From contig JAJHSH010000049.1 in assembly GCA_022683945.1 (NCBI GenBank), positions 12,681 to 76,680 of the forward strand: DNA of 64,000 nt, written 5' to 3'. The notes under the pieces are model-generated. The model did not search any database. It was not told the origin of the DNA and was given only the letters and a program-made list of their open reading frames with translations. This stretch comes from Candidatus Acetothermia bacterium (GTDB lineage Bacteria; Bipolaricaulota; Bipolaricaulia; RBG-16-55-9; DRXL01). Of this stretch, positions 28,552 to 39,111 are shown in pieces. Each line of letters starts with the position of its first letter. Within the stretch, counting starts at the first letter, position 1. The translations under genes were made by a program, and so were the position numbers.

Positions 28552-29302
28552 GATCGTCGTGCGCGTGGAAGACCTTCACAAGCGCTACGGGAACGAAGAG
28601 GTGCTGAAGGGCGTCTCGTTTATTCTGCGCCAAGGCGAAGCTCTAGCTATTATCGGCCCTTCGGGCACGGGCAAGAGCACGCTCTTGCGCTGCATCAACA
28701 GACTGACAGAACCCGACAGCGGGCGCATCTGGCTAGAAGATACAGAGATCACCGGTGCGAAGACGGATATGAACAAAATTCGTCAGCAGATCGGCTTTGT
28801 CTTTCAGGATTTCAATCTCTTCGCGCACCTGACGGCCTTAGATAACGTGCGTCTGGGCTTGATGAAAGTGAAGAAGCTCTCTAAGGGAGAAGCGAGCGAG
28901 CGCGCCATGACGGAACTGAAGCGAGTCGGATTGGCCGAAAAAGCGAAGGCCTATCCAGCGCAGCTCTCCGGCGGGCAGCAGCAACGGGTCTCCATCGCGC
29001 GCGCCTTGGCTATGGACCCCAAACTGATGCTCTTTGACGAGCCGACCAGCGCGCTCGACCCTGAACTCATCGGAGAAGTCCTCCAAGTGATGAAAGCGCT
29101 GGCCGGCGAAGGGATGACGATGGTCGTCGTGACGCACGAGATGGGCTTTGCCCGTTCTGTATGCGACGAAGTGATCTTTATGGAGCAGGGCGTGATCGTC
29201 GAGCAGGGCCCGCCGGAGCACATTTTTCTACAGCCGCGCCAGCCGCGCACTCAACAGTTTTTAGGCAAGATCGGTGAGCTCTACGGAGGGACGGGATCGT
29301 GA
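28535..29302 (+). CDS. Amino acid ABC transporter ATP-binding protein
   Basis: Walker [10 protein letters not shown], signature [15 protein letters not shown], Walker [13 protein letters not shown]. Confidence 0.9.
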   Translation: MVVSSKIVVRVEDLHKRYGNEEVLKGVSFILRQGEALAIIGPSGTGKSTLLRCINRLTEPDSGRIWLEDTEITGAKTDMNKIRQQIGFVFQDFNLFAHLTALDNVRLGLMKVKKLSKGEASERAMTELKRVGLAEKAKAYPAQLSGGQQQRVSIARALAMDPKLMLFDEPTSALDPELIGEVLQVMKALAGEGMTMVVVTHEMGFARSVCDEVIFMEQGVIVEQGPPEHIFLQPRQPRTQQFLGKIGELYGGTGS

Positions 29303-30024
29303 ACCCGCTCGCGCCGTTCTGTCAAACTCTGGAAGAGGGGAGCTTCGTTCGGCTCGTCTGCGATATATCGCCTCGTCTGCTTCAGGGCACAGCGACGACT
29401 TTTCAGTTGACGGTGCTCGCTATCGCGCTCGGTCTGGTGGGGGGACTTCTGTTGGCGTTGGGTCGCGTCTACGGGAAGAAGCCGATCTATTGGTTGAGCA
29501 CAGCTTATGTGCAGTTCGTGCGCGGGACGCCCGTTTTGGTGCAGCTCTTTTTGATCTATTACGGGTTGCCCGCGTTCGAGATTCGTCTCGATCCGCTCAC
29601 AGCGGCAATTATCGGGCTGGGGCTTAACAGTGCTGCTTATCAGGCCGAATATTTTCGCGGGGCGATTCAGTCTATCGGTCGCGGTCAGATGCTCGCCGCC
29701 CGCGCGGTGGGCCTGACCAACGTTCAAGCGATCGGCTACGTCATTCTGCCGCAAGCGTTGAGAATGGTCATCCCTCCGTGGTCGAACGAACTGATCTATA
29801 CACTGAAATACTCTTCGGTAGCGTTCATCATCGGGACCCCAGAGCTTATGGCCACGGGGCAGATTATCGCCTCCAGTCTGCGTGGGCCGGGGGCCTTTCG
29901 GCACTTCGAAGTCTTTCTTATAGTCGCTTTTATTTATTTAGTCTGCGTGTTGGTCATCTCGAAGCTCTTGGATCTCTTGGAGCAACGTGTGAAGATTCCG
30001 GGGCTGGAGATGCAAAGAGCGTAG
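29299..30024 (+). CDS. Amino acid ABC transporter permease (second)
   Basis: Paralogous to the 27859 gene: [20 protein letters not shown]. Confidence 0.85.
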   Translation: MNPLAPFCQTLEEGSFVRLVCDISPRLLQGTATTFQLTVLAIALGLVGGLLLALGRVYGKKPIYWLSTAYVQFVRGTPVLVQLFLIYYGLPAFEIRLDPLTAAIIGLGLNSAAYQAEYFRGAIQSIGRGQMLAARAVGLTNVQAIGYVILPQALRMVIPPWSNELIYTLKYSSVAFIIGTPELMATGQIIASSLRGPGAFRHFEVFLIVAFIYLVCVLVISKLLDLLEQRVKIPGLEMQRA

Positions 30025-30056
30025 TCTTTACGCTAAAATAACTCAGGTGGTGCTCG

Positions 30057-30338
30057 ATGATGGACGTTAAAATGGAGTCGGAGTTGAGTGAGATTCTCAA
30101 CGCTTTGCAAGCCGGGCGCTCTAAAGATCTGCGCGGGCGCGTTGGGGAACTACTGAGCGAGCTGGGCGTCTGGGAGGTGGCGCATCGCCTGAGAGTTTTG
30201 CCCTCGGAGCGCACGCAGATCTTTGTGAGATACATGGAACGTGAGTATCCCGCGGCAGCAGATCGCATTCAGATTCTGCTGACGGCGACCAAGGGCGAAG
30301 ACAAAGAGTTCGTGAAGCGTGAGTTCGGCGGAGATTGA
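30057..30338 (+). CDS. Hypothetical small helical protein
   Basis: 93-aa ORF with no recognisable motif. Followed immediately by four stem-loops. Confidence 0.35.
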   Translation: MMDVKMESELSEILNALQAGRSKDLRGRVGELLSELGVWEVAHRLRVLPSERTQIFVRYMEREYPAAADRIQILLTATKGEDKEFVKREFGGD

Positions 30339-30344
30339 GAGCCA

Positions 30345-30364
30345 CCGGATGCTGAAGCATCCGG
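30345..30364. repeat. GGATGCTGAAGCATCC hairpin repeat, copy 1
   Basis: Near-identical 27-nt stretch recurs at 34024. Confidence 0.6.
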
Positions 30365-30449
30365 CTCAGCAGATGGAAGCCCGCTCAAGCGGGCTGTGAG
30401 CGTGCTTGAGCACGCTTGCACCTGGTGAGCCGGTGGATTCATCCACCGG
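30345..30449 (+). other. Cluster of four consecutive stem-loops between the small ORF and coaD, possibly a terminator array or a small structured RNA
   Basis: ccggatgctgaagcatccgg; agcccgctcaagcgggct; agcgtgcttgagcacgct; ccggtggattcatccaccgg. Confidence 0.5.
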
Positions 30450-30486
30450 GGCAAAGGCGACTTAGCTGTAGTTTAAGGAGAAGATC

Positions 30487-31005
30487 GTGACCAAAGCCCT
30501 CTATCCCGGCAGTTTCGATCCCATCACGTATGGGCATATTGACATCATCAAGAGAGCTCAAAAGCTCTTTGATAGGCTCGTCGTCGCCGTGATGCGCAAC
30601 CCGGACAAAAAAATGCTCTTCACGTTGGAAGAGCGCCATCGTCTTGTTATTGAGGCCCTGCGCGAAGTCAAACTGAACACGATAGAGATCATCACCCATG
30701 ACGGGCTGCTCGTCGATCTCGCTCGCCAATTGCGCGTGGACGCCGTCGTGCGGGGATTGCGCGCCAGCACCGATTTCGAGTACGAGTTTCAGTTGGCGCT
30801 CACCAATCGTGATTTGGATCCCGGCTTTGAGAGCGTCTATCTGATGACCAGTCGAGATTTTTCGTTTATCAGTTCCAGCATCGTCCGCCAAGTGAAGAGT
30901 TACGGAGGAGATGTGCGCCGCTTTGTGCCGGCGAGTGTAGATTTAGCATTAGAAGCGCACTTCAAAGAGCGGCGCACAGAGATGAACGGGCAGAGCCGTT
31001 CGTAG
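30487..31005 (+). CDS. coaD: Phosphopantetheine adenylyltransferase
   Basis: GTG start after an aggaga RBS. ALYPGSFDPITYGHIDII is the (H/T)xGH nucleotidyltransferase motif. The stop TAG lies inside the GTAGGGGC hairpin. Confidence 0.9.
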   Translation: MTKALYPGSFDPITYGHIDIIKRAQKLFDRLVVAVMRNPDKKMLFTLEERHRLVIEALREVKLNTIEIITHDGLLVDLARQLRVDAVVRGLRASTDFEYEFQLALTNRDLDPGFESVYLMTSRDFSFISSSIVRQVKSYGGDVRRFVPASVDLALEAHFKERRTEMNGQSRS

Positions 31006-31575
31006 GGGCGATGCGCGCATCGCCCCAGCCTCTGGAGCATCGGCATTAAATCCTACGGTCCCCAAAAGAGCCGCCAGAAAGATGGGAAACGAGAGGCGCG
31101 TCAAGAGAAAGACCTGCTCCGTCCAAGGGATCAAAAACTCCCAACCCATGCTCTCAATAAAGAACTCCATGGCTTTTACGATCCCCGCTGCCCAAGCAAA
31201 CCCGGTGATCGAGCCGACCGCAGCAAACCCATAGGTGAACAGCATTTTTCGCGGAGTAATCTCCAGATCGCGCAGCCAGCCCGCGGCGACAATCCCGACC
31301 GAAGCCGCACCCGGAAGCGTAATTAAGTAGATCGTCGTGCGCAGGGCAAAGATCCCCAAGCCGGTGCAGAGATCGGGATCGGGGTTCTCGCTGCAGAGCA
31401 AGCTTACATAGAACCATTCAAAAAACGGGCCGCCTGCAAATCCTCCCACCAATCCATACGTAAATTCCTCCCAAAAATAATTGGCCGACTGCTCCGCAGG
31501 AGGTTGAGCATAGCTCACAACGCTGTTCCCGATGATGCCAAGTATGCAAAGCCCCAAAGAGGCCCAGAATTTCAT
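30949..31575 (-). CDS. Hypothetical polytopic membrane protein. Its 3' end overlaps coaD convergently by 57 bp.
   Basis: Signal/TM-rich sequence. The C-terminal codons run through the palindromic hairpin. Confidence 0.45.
   Translation of the reverse strand: MKFWASLGLCILGIIGNSVVSYAQPPAEQSANYFWEEFTYGLVGGFAGGPFFEWFYVSLLCSENPDPDLCTGLGIFALRTTIYLITLPGAASVGIVAAGWLRDLEITPRKMLFTYGFAAVGSITGFAWAAGIVKAMEFFIESMGWEFLIPWTEQVFLLTRLSFPIFLAALLGTVGFNADAPEAGAMRASPLRTALPVHLCAPLFEVRF
31001..31028. repeat. GTAGGGGC...GCCCC palindromic hairpin, copy 1, at the coaD stop
   Basis: cgtaggggcgatgcgcgcatcgccccag, a perfect 11-bp palindrome. Confidence 0.7.
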
Positions 31576-31633
31576 ATACTCTTTTTAACACAGAACCGGC
31601 GCGGCTGTCAAGTGCGCTGTATAATCTTTATCT

Positions 31634-32002
31634 ATGACCCGTTCGCAGTTTGAAGAGCTGGTTCACGAGACGCTGCACGCCCTACCAGCGTTCTTTCGCC
31701 GGCGCCTTCAGAATGTACTTATTATCGTACAGGACGCTCCCGATCCGGAGATCGCCCGCGAGCTGGGAGATGACCTCTTAGGTCTCTATCACGGGACGCC
31801 CTTAACGGAGCGCTCGGTCTTTCACGAACGATTGGAGCCCGATATTATCTATATCTATCAAAAGAACATCGAATCGCTGGCAGACTCTGAAGAGGAGGTT
31901 CGCCGCCAGGTGCGCATCACCGTGATACACGAGATCGGCCACTACTTCGGGCTTGACGAAGCACAGCTGGAAATCTTGGAGTCCTATGCGCACCCAGACT
32001 GA
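31634..32002 (+). CDS. Zincin-like metallopeptidase family protein (DUF1025-type)
   Basis: [11 protein letters not shown] HExxH motif in a ~120-aa protein. Confidence 0.7.
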   Translation: MTRSQFEELVHETLHALPAFFRRRLQNVLIIVQDAPDPEIARELGDDLLGLYHGTPLTERSVFHERLEPDIIYIYQKNIESLADSEEEVRRQVRITVIHEIGHYFGLDEAQLEILESYAHPD

Positions 32003-33983
32003 TACCCAAGAGTTCAAACTCGTCTCGCCCTTCACGCCGCGCGGCGATCAACCCAGAGCCATCTGCGAACTGACCAAGGGAATCCAAGCCGTCTTGCAGC
32101 ATCAGACCTTGCTTGGCGTCACCGGCTCCGGCAAGACGTTTACCATCGCCCACGTCATCCAAAACGTCCAAAAGCCGACTCTCGTCATCGCCCATAACAA
32201 GACGCTCGCCGCCCAGCTCTGCAACGAGTTCCGAGAATTCTTCCCCCACAACGCCGTGCATTACTTCGTTAGCTACTATGACTACTATCAGCCCGAAGCG
32301 TATATTCCCCAAACAGATACTTATATCGAAAAAGACGCTTCGATCAACGATGAGATAGATCGGCTGCGCCACGCCGCCACAAGCGCACTCCTAGAAAGAC
32401 GCGACGTCATCGTCGTCGCCAGCGTCTCTTGTATCTACGGTCTGGGCACCCCGGAAGAGTACGCCGCGATGACGCTCTCGCTGAGAAAGGGCGCGACCAA
32501 GCCCCGCGACGAGATCTTGCGAAGATTAGTAGATCTTCAATACGAGCGGAATGACATCGGCTTTGGACGCGGGACGTTCAGGGCTAAGGGCGACACCATC
32601 GAAATTATCCCGGCGTACAGCGAGAACGCGATCAGAGTCGAACTCTTCGGCGACGAGATCGAGCGAATTTTAGAGCTCGACGCGCTCACGGGCAAACGGC
32701 TGCGCGAGCTGAGCTTTACAGCTATCTATCCGGCCACGCACTGGGTCACGGGACGCGAAAAGCTCGAACGCGCTCTGCAAACCATCCAAGCTGAGCTGGC
32801 AGAACGGCTTCCCGAACTGCGCCGACGCGACAAGCTCCTCGAAGCTCAACGCTTGGAGCAGCGCACCAAGTATGACTTAGAGATGCTGCGCGAACTGGGC
32901 TATTGCTCCGGCGTGGAGAACTATTCGCGCCACCTCGACGGGCGCGATCCGGGGACGTCGCCGCATACGCTCATAGACTACTTCCCCAGAGATTTTTTGA
33001 TAGTGATTGACGAATCTCACCAGACTATTCCCCAGATTCGCGGGATGTACAACGGAGACCGCGCGCGCAAAGAGATCTTAATAGACTACGGCTTTCGCCT
33101 GCCCTCGGCTCTCGACAACCGTCCGTTGAAGTTTGAAGAGTTCGAGCGCAAGATCAACCAAGTGATCTATCTCTCGGCGACGCCGGGGCCGTATGAGCAC
33201 CAGAAGAGTCAAAAGATCGTAGAACAGATCATTCGGCCCACAGGCTTGGTCGATCCCGAAGTGATCGTCCGACCGGTGAAGGGTCAGATTGACGATCTGA
33301 TAAGCGAAGTCAGAAGAGTGACCGAGCAGGGCGAGCGCGTCTTAGTCACCACGTTGACCAAGAAGATGGCCGAAGACCTGACAGAGTATCTGGTCGAGTT
33401 GGGGATCAAAGCGCGCTATCTGCACTCGGAGATCGAGACGTTAGAGAGAGTAGATATTCTGCGCGATTTGCGTTTGGGCGAATTTGATGTGCTAGTGGGG
33501 ATCAATCTCTTGCGCGAGGGTCTTGACTTGCCCGAAGTCTCGCTGGTGGCGATCTTAGATGCCGACAAAGAGGGCTTCTTGCGCTCGGAGACTTCGCTTA
33601 TACAGACCATCGGGCGGGCGGCGCGCAACGTGCGCGGGCAAGTCATTCTCTATGCCGACGACGTGACCGGCTCTATGGAGCGGGCGATTGCTGAGACAGA
33701 GCGTCGTCGCCGGCTCCAGCTTGAGTTCAATCAAACGCACGGGATCACGCCGGAGACGGTGAAGAAAGCCGTCCGAGAGTTCATGCCGGAGCTGGCGCGC
33801 GAGAGCGTCGAGAAGAAGAGCAAGAAGAGACTTGTGGTGAAGACGCCCACGGAGCTGGCCGATCTGATTAAAGAGTTGGAGCAAGAGATGCTCGCGGCAG
33901 CCAAGCGCCTAGAATTTGAGAGGGCCGCGAGGTTGCGCGATGAGATTAAAGAGCTGAGACAAGAGCTCATCGGGGTTCTCTAG
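31986..33983 (+). CDS. uvrB: Excinuclease ABC subunit B. The ORF is open from 31953.
   Basis: GDQPRAI ... VTGSGKTFT ... helicase motifs, and a C-terminal UVR motif [13 protein letters not shown]. Confidence 0.95.
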   Translation: MRTQTDTQEFKLVSPFTPRGDQPRAICELTKGIQAVLQHQTLLGVTGSGKTFTIAHVIQNVQKPTLVIAHNKTLAAQLCNEFREFFPHNAVHYFVSYYDYYQPEAYIPQTDTYIEKDASINDEIDRLRHAATSALLERRDVIVVASVSCIYGLGTPEEYAAMTLSLRKGATKPRDEILRRLVDLQYERNDIGFGRGTFRAKGDTIEIIPAYSENAIRVELFGDEIERILELDALTGKRLRELSFTAIYPATHWVTGREKLERALQTIQAELAERLPELRRRDKLLEAQRLEQRTKYDLEMLRELGYCSGVENYSRHLDGRDPGTSPHTLIDYFPRDFLIVIDESHQTIPQIRGMYNGDRARKEILIDYGFRLPSALDNRPLKFEEFERKINQVIYLSATPGPYEHQKSQKIVEQIIRPTGLVDPEVIVRPVKGQIDDLISEVRRVTEQGERVLVTTLTKKMAEDLTEYLVELGIKARYLHSEIETLERVDILRDLRLGEFDVLVGINLLREGLDLPEVSLVAILDADKEGFLRSETSLIQTIGRAARNVRGQVILYADDVTGSMERAIAETERRRRLQLEFNQTHGITPETVKKAVREFMPELARESVEKKSKKRLVVKTPTELADLIKELEQEMLAAAKRLEFERAARLRDEIKELRQELIGVL

Positions 33984-34023
33984 CTGACGCGATGCGCAGG
34001 TTTTGGGTTTCTCGCCTCTGTAT

Positions 34024-34042
34024 CGGATGCTGAAGCATTCGG
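34024..34042. repeat. GGATGCTGAAGCATTC hairpin repeat, copy 2, downstream of uvrB
   Basis: cggatgctgaagcattcggctgagca; compare copy 1 at 30345. Confidence 0.6.
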
Positions 34043-34058
34043 CTGAGCAACCATAGGG

Positions 34059-34131
34059 TGCCGAGGGGCGGACTCGAACCGCCGACACCAGGATTTTCAG
34101 TCCTGTGCTCTACCAGCTGAGCTACCTCGGC
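34059..34131 (-). tRNA. tRNA-Phe (GAA)
   Basis: Cloverleaf on the reverse complement: acceptor GCCGAGG/CCTCGGC, anticodon loop CUGAAAA, T-loop GGTTCGAGTCC. Confidence 0.9.
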
Positions 34132-34204
34132 CCAAGCTTCGCTTGACCTTCAGCTTCGCCAGCCGCAGGCCGGCGAAGGCGAACAGTCCAGACGAAGTCT
34201 GGGG

Positions 34205-34278
34205 CGGGGATGACGGGATTTGAACCCGCGGTCTCTGCCTTGACAGGGCAGCGTGTTAGGCCACTACACCACACCCCC
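34205..34278 (-). tRNA. tRNA-Asp (GUC)
   Basis: Reverse complement GGGGGTGTGGTGTAGTGG...CTGCC-CTGTCAA-GGCAG...GGTTCAAATCC; anticodon GUC. Confidence 0.85.
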
Positions 34279-34329
34279 GGAACGTCAGCATTATAACGGC
34301 TTGAATAGAGCTCGTCAACCGTAAAAGAC

Positions 34330-34360
34330 CGTAGGGGCGAACGGCCGTTCGCCCCTACAG
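34330..34360. repeat. GTAGGGGC...GCCCCTAC hairpin, copy 2, downstream of the metalloprotease gene
   Basis: cgtaggggcgaacggccgttcgcccctacag. Confidence 0.7.
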
Positions 34361-34368
34361 ACAGACCG

Positions 34369-36969
34369 TCACTCCCGAACAACGATCTCGCGAACGCGCC
34401 GCTGCGCCTCTAAGAGATGCGCCCGACTCAACGCGTCCAGATCGGCTCGCTCGACCAGCAGATCGCTGATCGCTTCATCTAAGCGCACCAACTCGGCGTA
34501 GGCCATCGCGACGGCATCGCTGAGACGACTCGGTGTCGTGTCGTTGACCATCGCGATCAGCATATCCAGATAGATGCTCTGAATCGCGCGTTGGAAAGAA
34601 TCTATAGGTGACTGCTTGCTCAGCACATCGCCCCAGATGGCCTCGGTGAAACCCATAAAGTGCTCATCTAATCTATAGGGCTTCGCTTCTTCAGAACGAT
34701 AGGCGTTGTCGGTGATTCTGAGCAGACGCTCCGGCCAGAAGGCCATCGTCAGCACCTGCACGCGCATCCCCGTGATCGCATCATGAATGGGAAAGTGAAA
34801 GCGCTGGTTGACTTGCCAAGTCGAAGCCCAATCCCACCAGCGCTCGCGCGGCATCTTGTCCAAGAAGTGCTTGGGGAAGCGCTTCTGGACGTCGGAGCTG
34901 AAGATCTCCGTGACGAATTTGAGCGCTTCACGCTGGTACTCGGCCGAGAGCGGCTTGAGCGGGGTGAGATCGTCGCCCTTGTGCGCGCGCGTCACTTCCA
35001 TGCCGCCCAAGGCTTTAGTATAGTAAATATAGCCCCGGAGCTCTTGGAAGAGCAGCGTGTTCACCGCGCCGCGCAGCGGCCAGTACTCGTCGTCATCGGC
35101 GAGCAGCCGGTCTTCGAGATGGCCCCACAGACGCGCTACGAGCTTCTGCAGATCTTTATAATAAGCAACGGGATCGGCGCTCAGGTCCCACTGAGTGATC
35201 GCCGGATCGAGCGCATAAGGATAGAGCCAAGCGTCTTCATCCGTGCCGTAGATGTGCTCGCGTGTGCCATGTTGCAGTGCGATCTCTTGGAGTTGCGGGT
35301 GCGGAGCCAGCGTTTCGTTTCCCACCGGAGTGTAGCCCCACTTGATCGCCCAGATGTCCCACGTGCCTACGGTGGAATGAAAGTACTCGCCCTGATGCTC
35401 TCGGTCTGAAGAGATATTGGCCGGACTGTACTCCATCACCGAAGCCGTGATGCCGTATTTGGACGTGTAGTCTTTATTATGAAGTTTGTCAAATGGTACT
35501 GCCGTGCTCGCTTTGAAGTTATGGCGCAAGCCCAGGGCGTGTCCCACTTCGTGCATGACGGTATCACGGATCGCTGCTCCCACGTACTCTAGGGGGATTC
35601 CTCCGCCGGGCGCGACCAGGCCGTCAGCGGCAAGCGTCATCATCAGCGTGGCCATGTGCGGTACCATGCCCGCTTCGTAGGCGCAGAGCAAATGAGCGGC
35701 ATTGGGGTTGAGCTTGCGAGCTGTTTCTAGGGCTTCGCTCTCGTCTTGCAAGAACTGCATGGGGCTTTCGACCATGCGCAGATACTCGTTGGTGAGCGCC
35801 CGCACCCAATCGGCGGTGAAGAGAATATCTGAATTTAAGATCTCGCCGCTGCGCGGATCGACATCTGATGGCCCGATGGCGAAGATCGAAGCGACCGAGG
35901 GCATCCATCTGATAGTGGAGTAGCGCGCGTCGGCAGGGTCCCAGTTGGGATCGTTCGGCTGCTCTTGGGCGAGAATGGCGTTCTTGAAGCCAGCCGCTTC
36001 AAAGGCTTTGTTCCACGCTTCGATGCCCTCTTTGATATACGGGCGCAGCTCTCTGGGGACGGTATTCTCTATATAAAAGATAATGGGCTTGACGGGTTCG
36101 CTTATCGGCGCATAGGGGTCTTTCTTCTCCAAGCGCCAGCGATTGACGAGCCGCACGGAGTTCGTCGGCCCCGTCTGGCGACTGTAGTCTTTATAAGTAG
36201 TGACGAAGTAGCCCATACGATCATCGGCCAGTCGCGGCTTCATCGGTTGTTCGGGCAGAGCTAATAAACTATAGTGCAGCGCGACGGGCAGCGTCTTTTC
36301 ATCGGGGAGTACTGCATAGACGCGTGGCGGCACGTTCTGCATCGGGGCGGTGGCAGCAAATGTCAAATCGGCGTCTATCTCTAAGTTGCGCGGGAAGCCC
36401 TTCACGGTCGTGATCGCCGAGCGACCTGTGTCTAGGCGAAAGCTCGTTCTGAAGACACCGGGGAGATAGTCTCCCAGATTGGGCCAATCGGAGAGAAAGA
36501 GTCCTGTCGCATCAATGAGATAGCGTCCAGTCGCTTCGTCGCGGGCGACGATGGCGAAGGTGCGTCGCACCGAATCCCGAAAGCCCAGCTCGACCATGCG
36601 CCCCAAGGGAGTGCCGGGATCGGCCCGAAAATGGGGGTTGCGCGTCCAGAGTTCGATCTTGTCGTTGCGCATTCTAAACTGCAAGAGATCCGAATCCAAC
36701 GGAAATCCCGTCAGCAAGAACGACTCGCCGATGCCGCGAGCTATCTGCACGACCACCAGAAAATCTTTGTCTAACTGTTGACGCATGACCTCCAGATAGA
36801 GGGTGCCGTCTCGCTTGAGATAGGCGTTAAAATAACCGGGAATGGCTTTCATCTCGGTAACAAACGTCTCGATAGGGCCTTTCCCGGGTGCCTCCTGCCC
36901 AACGAACGGGACAGCCAAAGCGACCACTAGCAAGACCGCAACCGTGATACGACGAAGCAGACTCCTCAT
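34369..36969 (-). CDS. Secreted zinc-dependent metalloprotease (large DUF4953/DUF5117-type family)
   Basis: Signal peptide MRSLLRRITVAVLLVVALA and an HEVGHALGLRHNF zinc-binding motif. 866 aa. Confidence 0.75.
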   Translation of the reverse strand: MRSLLRRITVAVLLVVALAVPFVGQEAPGKGPIETFVTEMKAIPGYFNAYLKRDGTLYLEVMRQQLDKDFLVVVQIARGIGESFLLTGFPLDSDLLQFRMRNDKIELWTRNPHFRADPGTPLGRMVELGFRDSVRRTFAIVARDEATGRYLIDATGLFLSDWPNLGDYLPGVFRTSFRLDTGRSAITTVKGFPRNLEIDADLTFAATAPMQNVPPRVYAVLPDEKTLPVALHYSLLALPEQPMKPRLADDRMGYFVTTYKDYSRQTGPTNSVRLVNRWRLEKKDPYAPISEPVKPIIFYIENTVPRELRPYIKEGIEAWNKAFEAAGFKNAILAQEQPNDPNWDPADARYSTIRWMPSVASIFAIGPSDVDPRSGEILNSDILFTADWVRALTNEYLRMVESPMQFLQDESEALETARKLNPNAAHLLCAYEAGMVPHMATLMMTLAADGLVAPGGGIPLEYVGAAIRDTVMHEVGHALGLRHNFKASTAVPFDKLHNKDYTSKYGITASVMEYSPANISSDREHQGEYFHSTVGTWDIWAIKWGYTPVGNETLAPHPQLQEIALQHGTREHIYGTDEDAWLYPYALDPAITQWDLSADPVAYYKDLQKLVARLWGHLEDRLLADDDEYWPLRGAVNTLLFQELRGYIYYTKALGGMEVTRAHKGDDLTPLKPLSAEYQREALKFVTEIFSSDVQKRFPKHFLDKMPRERWWDWASTWQVNQRFHFPIHDAITGMRVQVLTMAFWPERLLRITDNAYRSEEAKPYRLDEHFMGFTEAIWGDVLSKQSPIDSFQRAIQSIYLDMLIAMVNDTTPSRLSDAVAMAYAELVRLDEAISDLLVERADLDALSRAHLLEAQRRVREIVVRE

Positions 36970-37097
36970 ACAGCTCTTCCTCCTTCTGTATAGCTTGTGT
37001 TTGCGGTTTTCTTCAGAAGAGTATCATACAGATTCTCCGAGCGTTTGGCTAGTGATCTATCGAGATGTCGCTACGGCCGAAGCGACGGTGGGAGTCG

Positions 37098-37709
37098 TCA
37101 CCGCTTTGTAATACGCTCCTGAGCGAAGAGCTGGGCGTATCTGGCGATCTCGACGCCCAAGTTGACCAAGCGTTCTTTGATTTTGGGGTCTTGCAGTTGG
37201 CCGTCGCCGGCGAACGCACTCCCCGGAATGGCCACCGAAGACGGCGCGACCCACGCGCGTATCGCTCTACAAGTGTGCAGCATACTGTTGATGGTATTAA
37301 TTCCAGAATTGCCCCCGGCGACGCTGATCAACCCGACGACTCTGCCTTCTAACCACGGGGGCTGGTCGTGGCCGAGCAGTTCGAGAAAGTCTAGGGCGTT
37401 TTTCATCGCGCCGCTGAGCGTGCCGTGATAGACCGGGGAAGCCAATATTAGCCCATCGGCCCAACGCACTCGTTCGATGAACGCAAAGACAGAGGGCGGA
37501 TAGCTCTGAATATCAAAGCGATCATCGTAGAAGGGGAGCGCGAGCTTTTTCAGATCCAAAAGTTCGGTCTGTGCGCCAGCGTCGGCTGCGCCGCGCAGCG
37601 CGATCTCCAAAGCGCGCAGCGTGCGCGAGCCTTCTCGTCTCAGGCTGCCATTGATAGCTAGCACTTTGGGTGTCAGTCTCACCTCAGCGTCCAAACAACC
37701 AACCTCCAT
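37098..37709 (-). CDS. NADPH-dependent FMN reductase family protein. Alternative GTG start near 37683.
   Basis: KVLAINGSLRREGSRT ... LILASPVYHGTLSGAMKNALD flavodoxin-like motifs. Confidence 0.75.
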   Translation of the reverse strand: MEVGCLDAEVRLTPKVLAINGSLRREGSRTLRALEIALRGAADAGAQTELLDLKKLALPFYDDRFDIQSYPPSVFAFIERVRWADGLILASPVYHGTLSGAMKNALDFLELLGHDQPPWLEGRVVGLISVAGGNSGINTINSMLHTCRAIRAWVAPSSVAIPGSAFAGDGQLQDPKIKERLVNLGVEIARYAQLFAQERITKR

Positions 37710-37719
37710 TACATCAACG

Positions 37720-38328
37720 TTAGGGCTGCGCCGACCAAGGCTCGACCATGCCCACGATGAACCGCTGGATCTTTGTATCTCTTGCGTCTATAGCCCGGAG
37801 GACGCCTTGACAGATCTCTTCGTGGGTGAGCCAGCGGGAGCGCCTGCCCTCAATGACGAACCCCAAGATCACTTCATGGTAACGAATGTTAGGGAGCGCT
37901 TCAAAGCGAACCCGACGTTCTGGATTGACTCGAGAGGGATCGGCGGCGCTGCTGCCCAGCACGTGAAAATAGTCGCACGGCTGCTGAGGGCTACCGACCA
38001 GATGTGCTACGTCCAGTGAGTCATTCGGAGAAGCCCAGTCTACTACTAAGATAATGGTGCCGAGACGCTGGATAGCCTCTTTGAGTTGAGCTACTAGTTC
38101 ACGCTCCCTATAGACATCAACTGCGACGGGATGGATGAAGCCTCCGGCGGCGCGAGCGGCTTTGATCAGCTCTTGCAGTCTTGGTTCTCTCCGTGCAATG
38201 ACGGACGTGTTATACCCGCGCCGAGCCAGTTCTAGCGAGAGGCCCCAGAGCATCCCGGTGCCTCCGACCACAAGGGCATGGCCGCGTGTCTTAGATGGAC
38301 TCGCTTGCGGTAGATACGATCCATGCAT
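37720..38328 (-). CDS. NAD(P)-binding Rossmann-fold (SDR-like) protein
   Basis: ALVVGGTGMLWGLSLELARRGY glycine-rich dinucleotide-binding motif. Confidence 0.5.
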   Translation of the reverse strand: MHGSYLPQASPSKTRGHALVVGGTGMLWGLSLELARRGYNTSVIARREPRLQELIKAARAAGGFIHPVAVDVYRERELVAQLKEAIQRLGTIILVVDWASPNDSLDVAHLVGSPQQPCDYFHVLGSSAADPSRVNPERRVRFEALPNIRYHEVILGFVIEGRRSRWLTHEEICQGVLRAIDARDTKIQRFIVGMVEPWSAQP

Positions 38329-39037
38329 AAGTCTCCTCCGGGCCTTGATACCTTCCTGGCTTTGCAGTACCTAACGGCTCTATAGAAACCGTGACGCGCT
38401 TCAATTCAGGTTGTGCTCCCTTGCCAATCCTCAGAAGTTGGCCGCTAGCCGCTAAAAGTCCCTCTGCGGTAACAACAAGCCCTAGTTGCTTATAAAAAGA
38501 CTCCACTCGTGCAGGTTGAAGCGAAGTGACTTCAATGCCCCTTAAGATAGGGGCTTCGAACGCCATGGTGTCTTCAGCAAGATAAACTAGTTCCAGGACG
38601 CGACCGTCGGGATCAGCCAGTTCCGCGATGAGTGAGGCTTGTCTCAAAGGAGTAAAGATCTCAACACCTGAGGGGATTATGCGTCTTAGCTGACTAGTTC
38701 CCATTGTTGAGCTGCCGACGGATCTCACTTGGTCGAGGAGTCTTCTCTGGGCTAAGTGCAGGAGAGCTTCGTAAGGGGTAGCAGCCTTGAGCTGCAGCTC
38801 AAGGTGATGCCAGCCAGTATGATCGCTGAGGAATAAACCGATGAAGTCTTTTCCTGAAGGTCTCCAACGTAAGAAAATCTCTCGCTCAAAAGGACCTCGC
38901 TGCACATTCAGTCCCAGGATTTCTACACAAAAGTCCATAGCTTGCTCAAGATCTCGTACTCGCAAGTTCAAGCCGAGAAACCGCTGCACGTACGGTTTGT
39001 ACAACCGTCTTACCCTCCTCGCTCGGCAGTATAACAC
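38291..39037 (-). CDS. VOC/glyoxalase-like two-domain protein. Start uncertain.
   Basis: Weak glyoxalase-like betaabbb pattern (NLRVRDLEQAMDFCVEILGL). Confidence 0.4.
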   Translation of the reverse strand: MLYCRARRVRRLYKPYVQRFLGLNLRVRDLEQAMDFCVEILGLNVQRGPFEREIFLRWRPSGKDFIGLFLSDHTGWHHLELQLKAATPYEALLHLAQRRLLDQVRSVGSSTMGTSQLRRIIPSGVEIFTPLRQASLIAELADPDGRVLELVYLAEDTMAFEAPILRGIEVTSLQPARVESFYKQLGLVVTAEGLLAASGQLLRIGKGAQPELKRVTVSIEPLGTAKPGRYQGPEETYAWIVSTASESI

Positions 39038-39074
39038 ATTTTTACAACTTTGTCAAGTATTAAGTTTATATAAT

Positions 39075-39102
39075 TTGCAAAGTTCTTTCTATGGGCTATA
39101 AT
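39075..39102 (+). promoter_or_regulatory. Sigma70-like promoter TTGCAA-16-TATAAT. It places the transcription start next to the ATG at 39112, giving a leaderless mRNA.
   Basis: Near-consensus -35 and -10 hexamers read directly from the sequence. Confidence 0.5.
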
Positions 39103-39111
39103 GGCGCTGCT

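Noticed and set aside
39091-39111. ATG at 39091 as the regulator start
   Set aside because: It lies inside the TTGCAA-16-TATAAT promoter spacer. The ATG at 39112 is consistent with a leaderless transcript.
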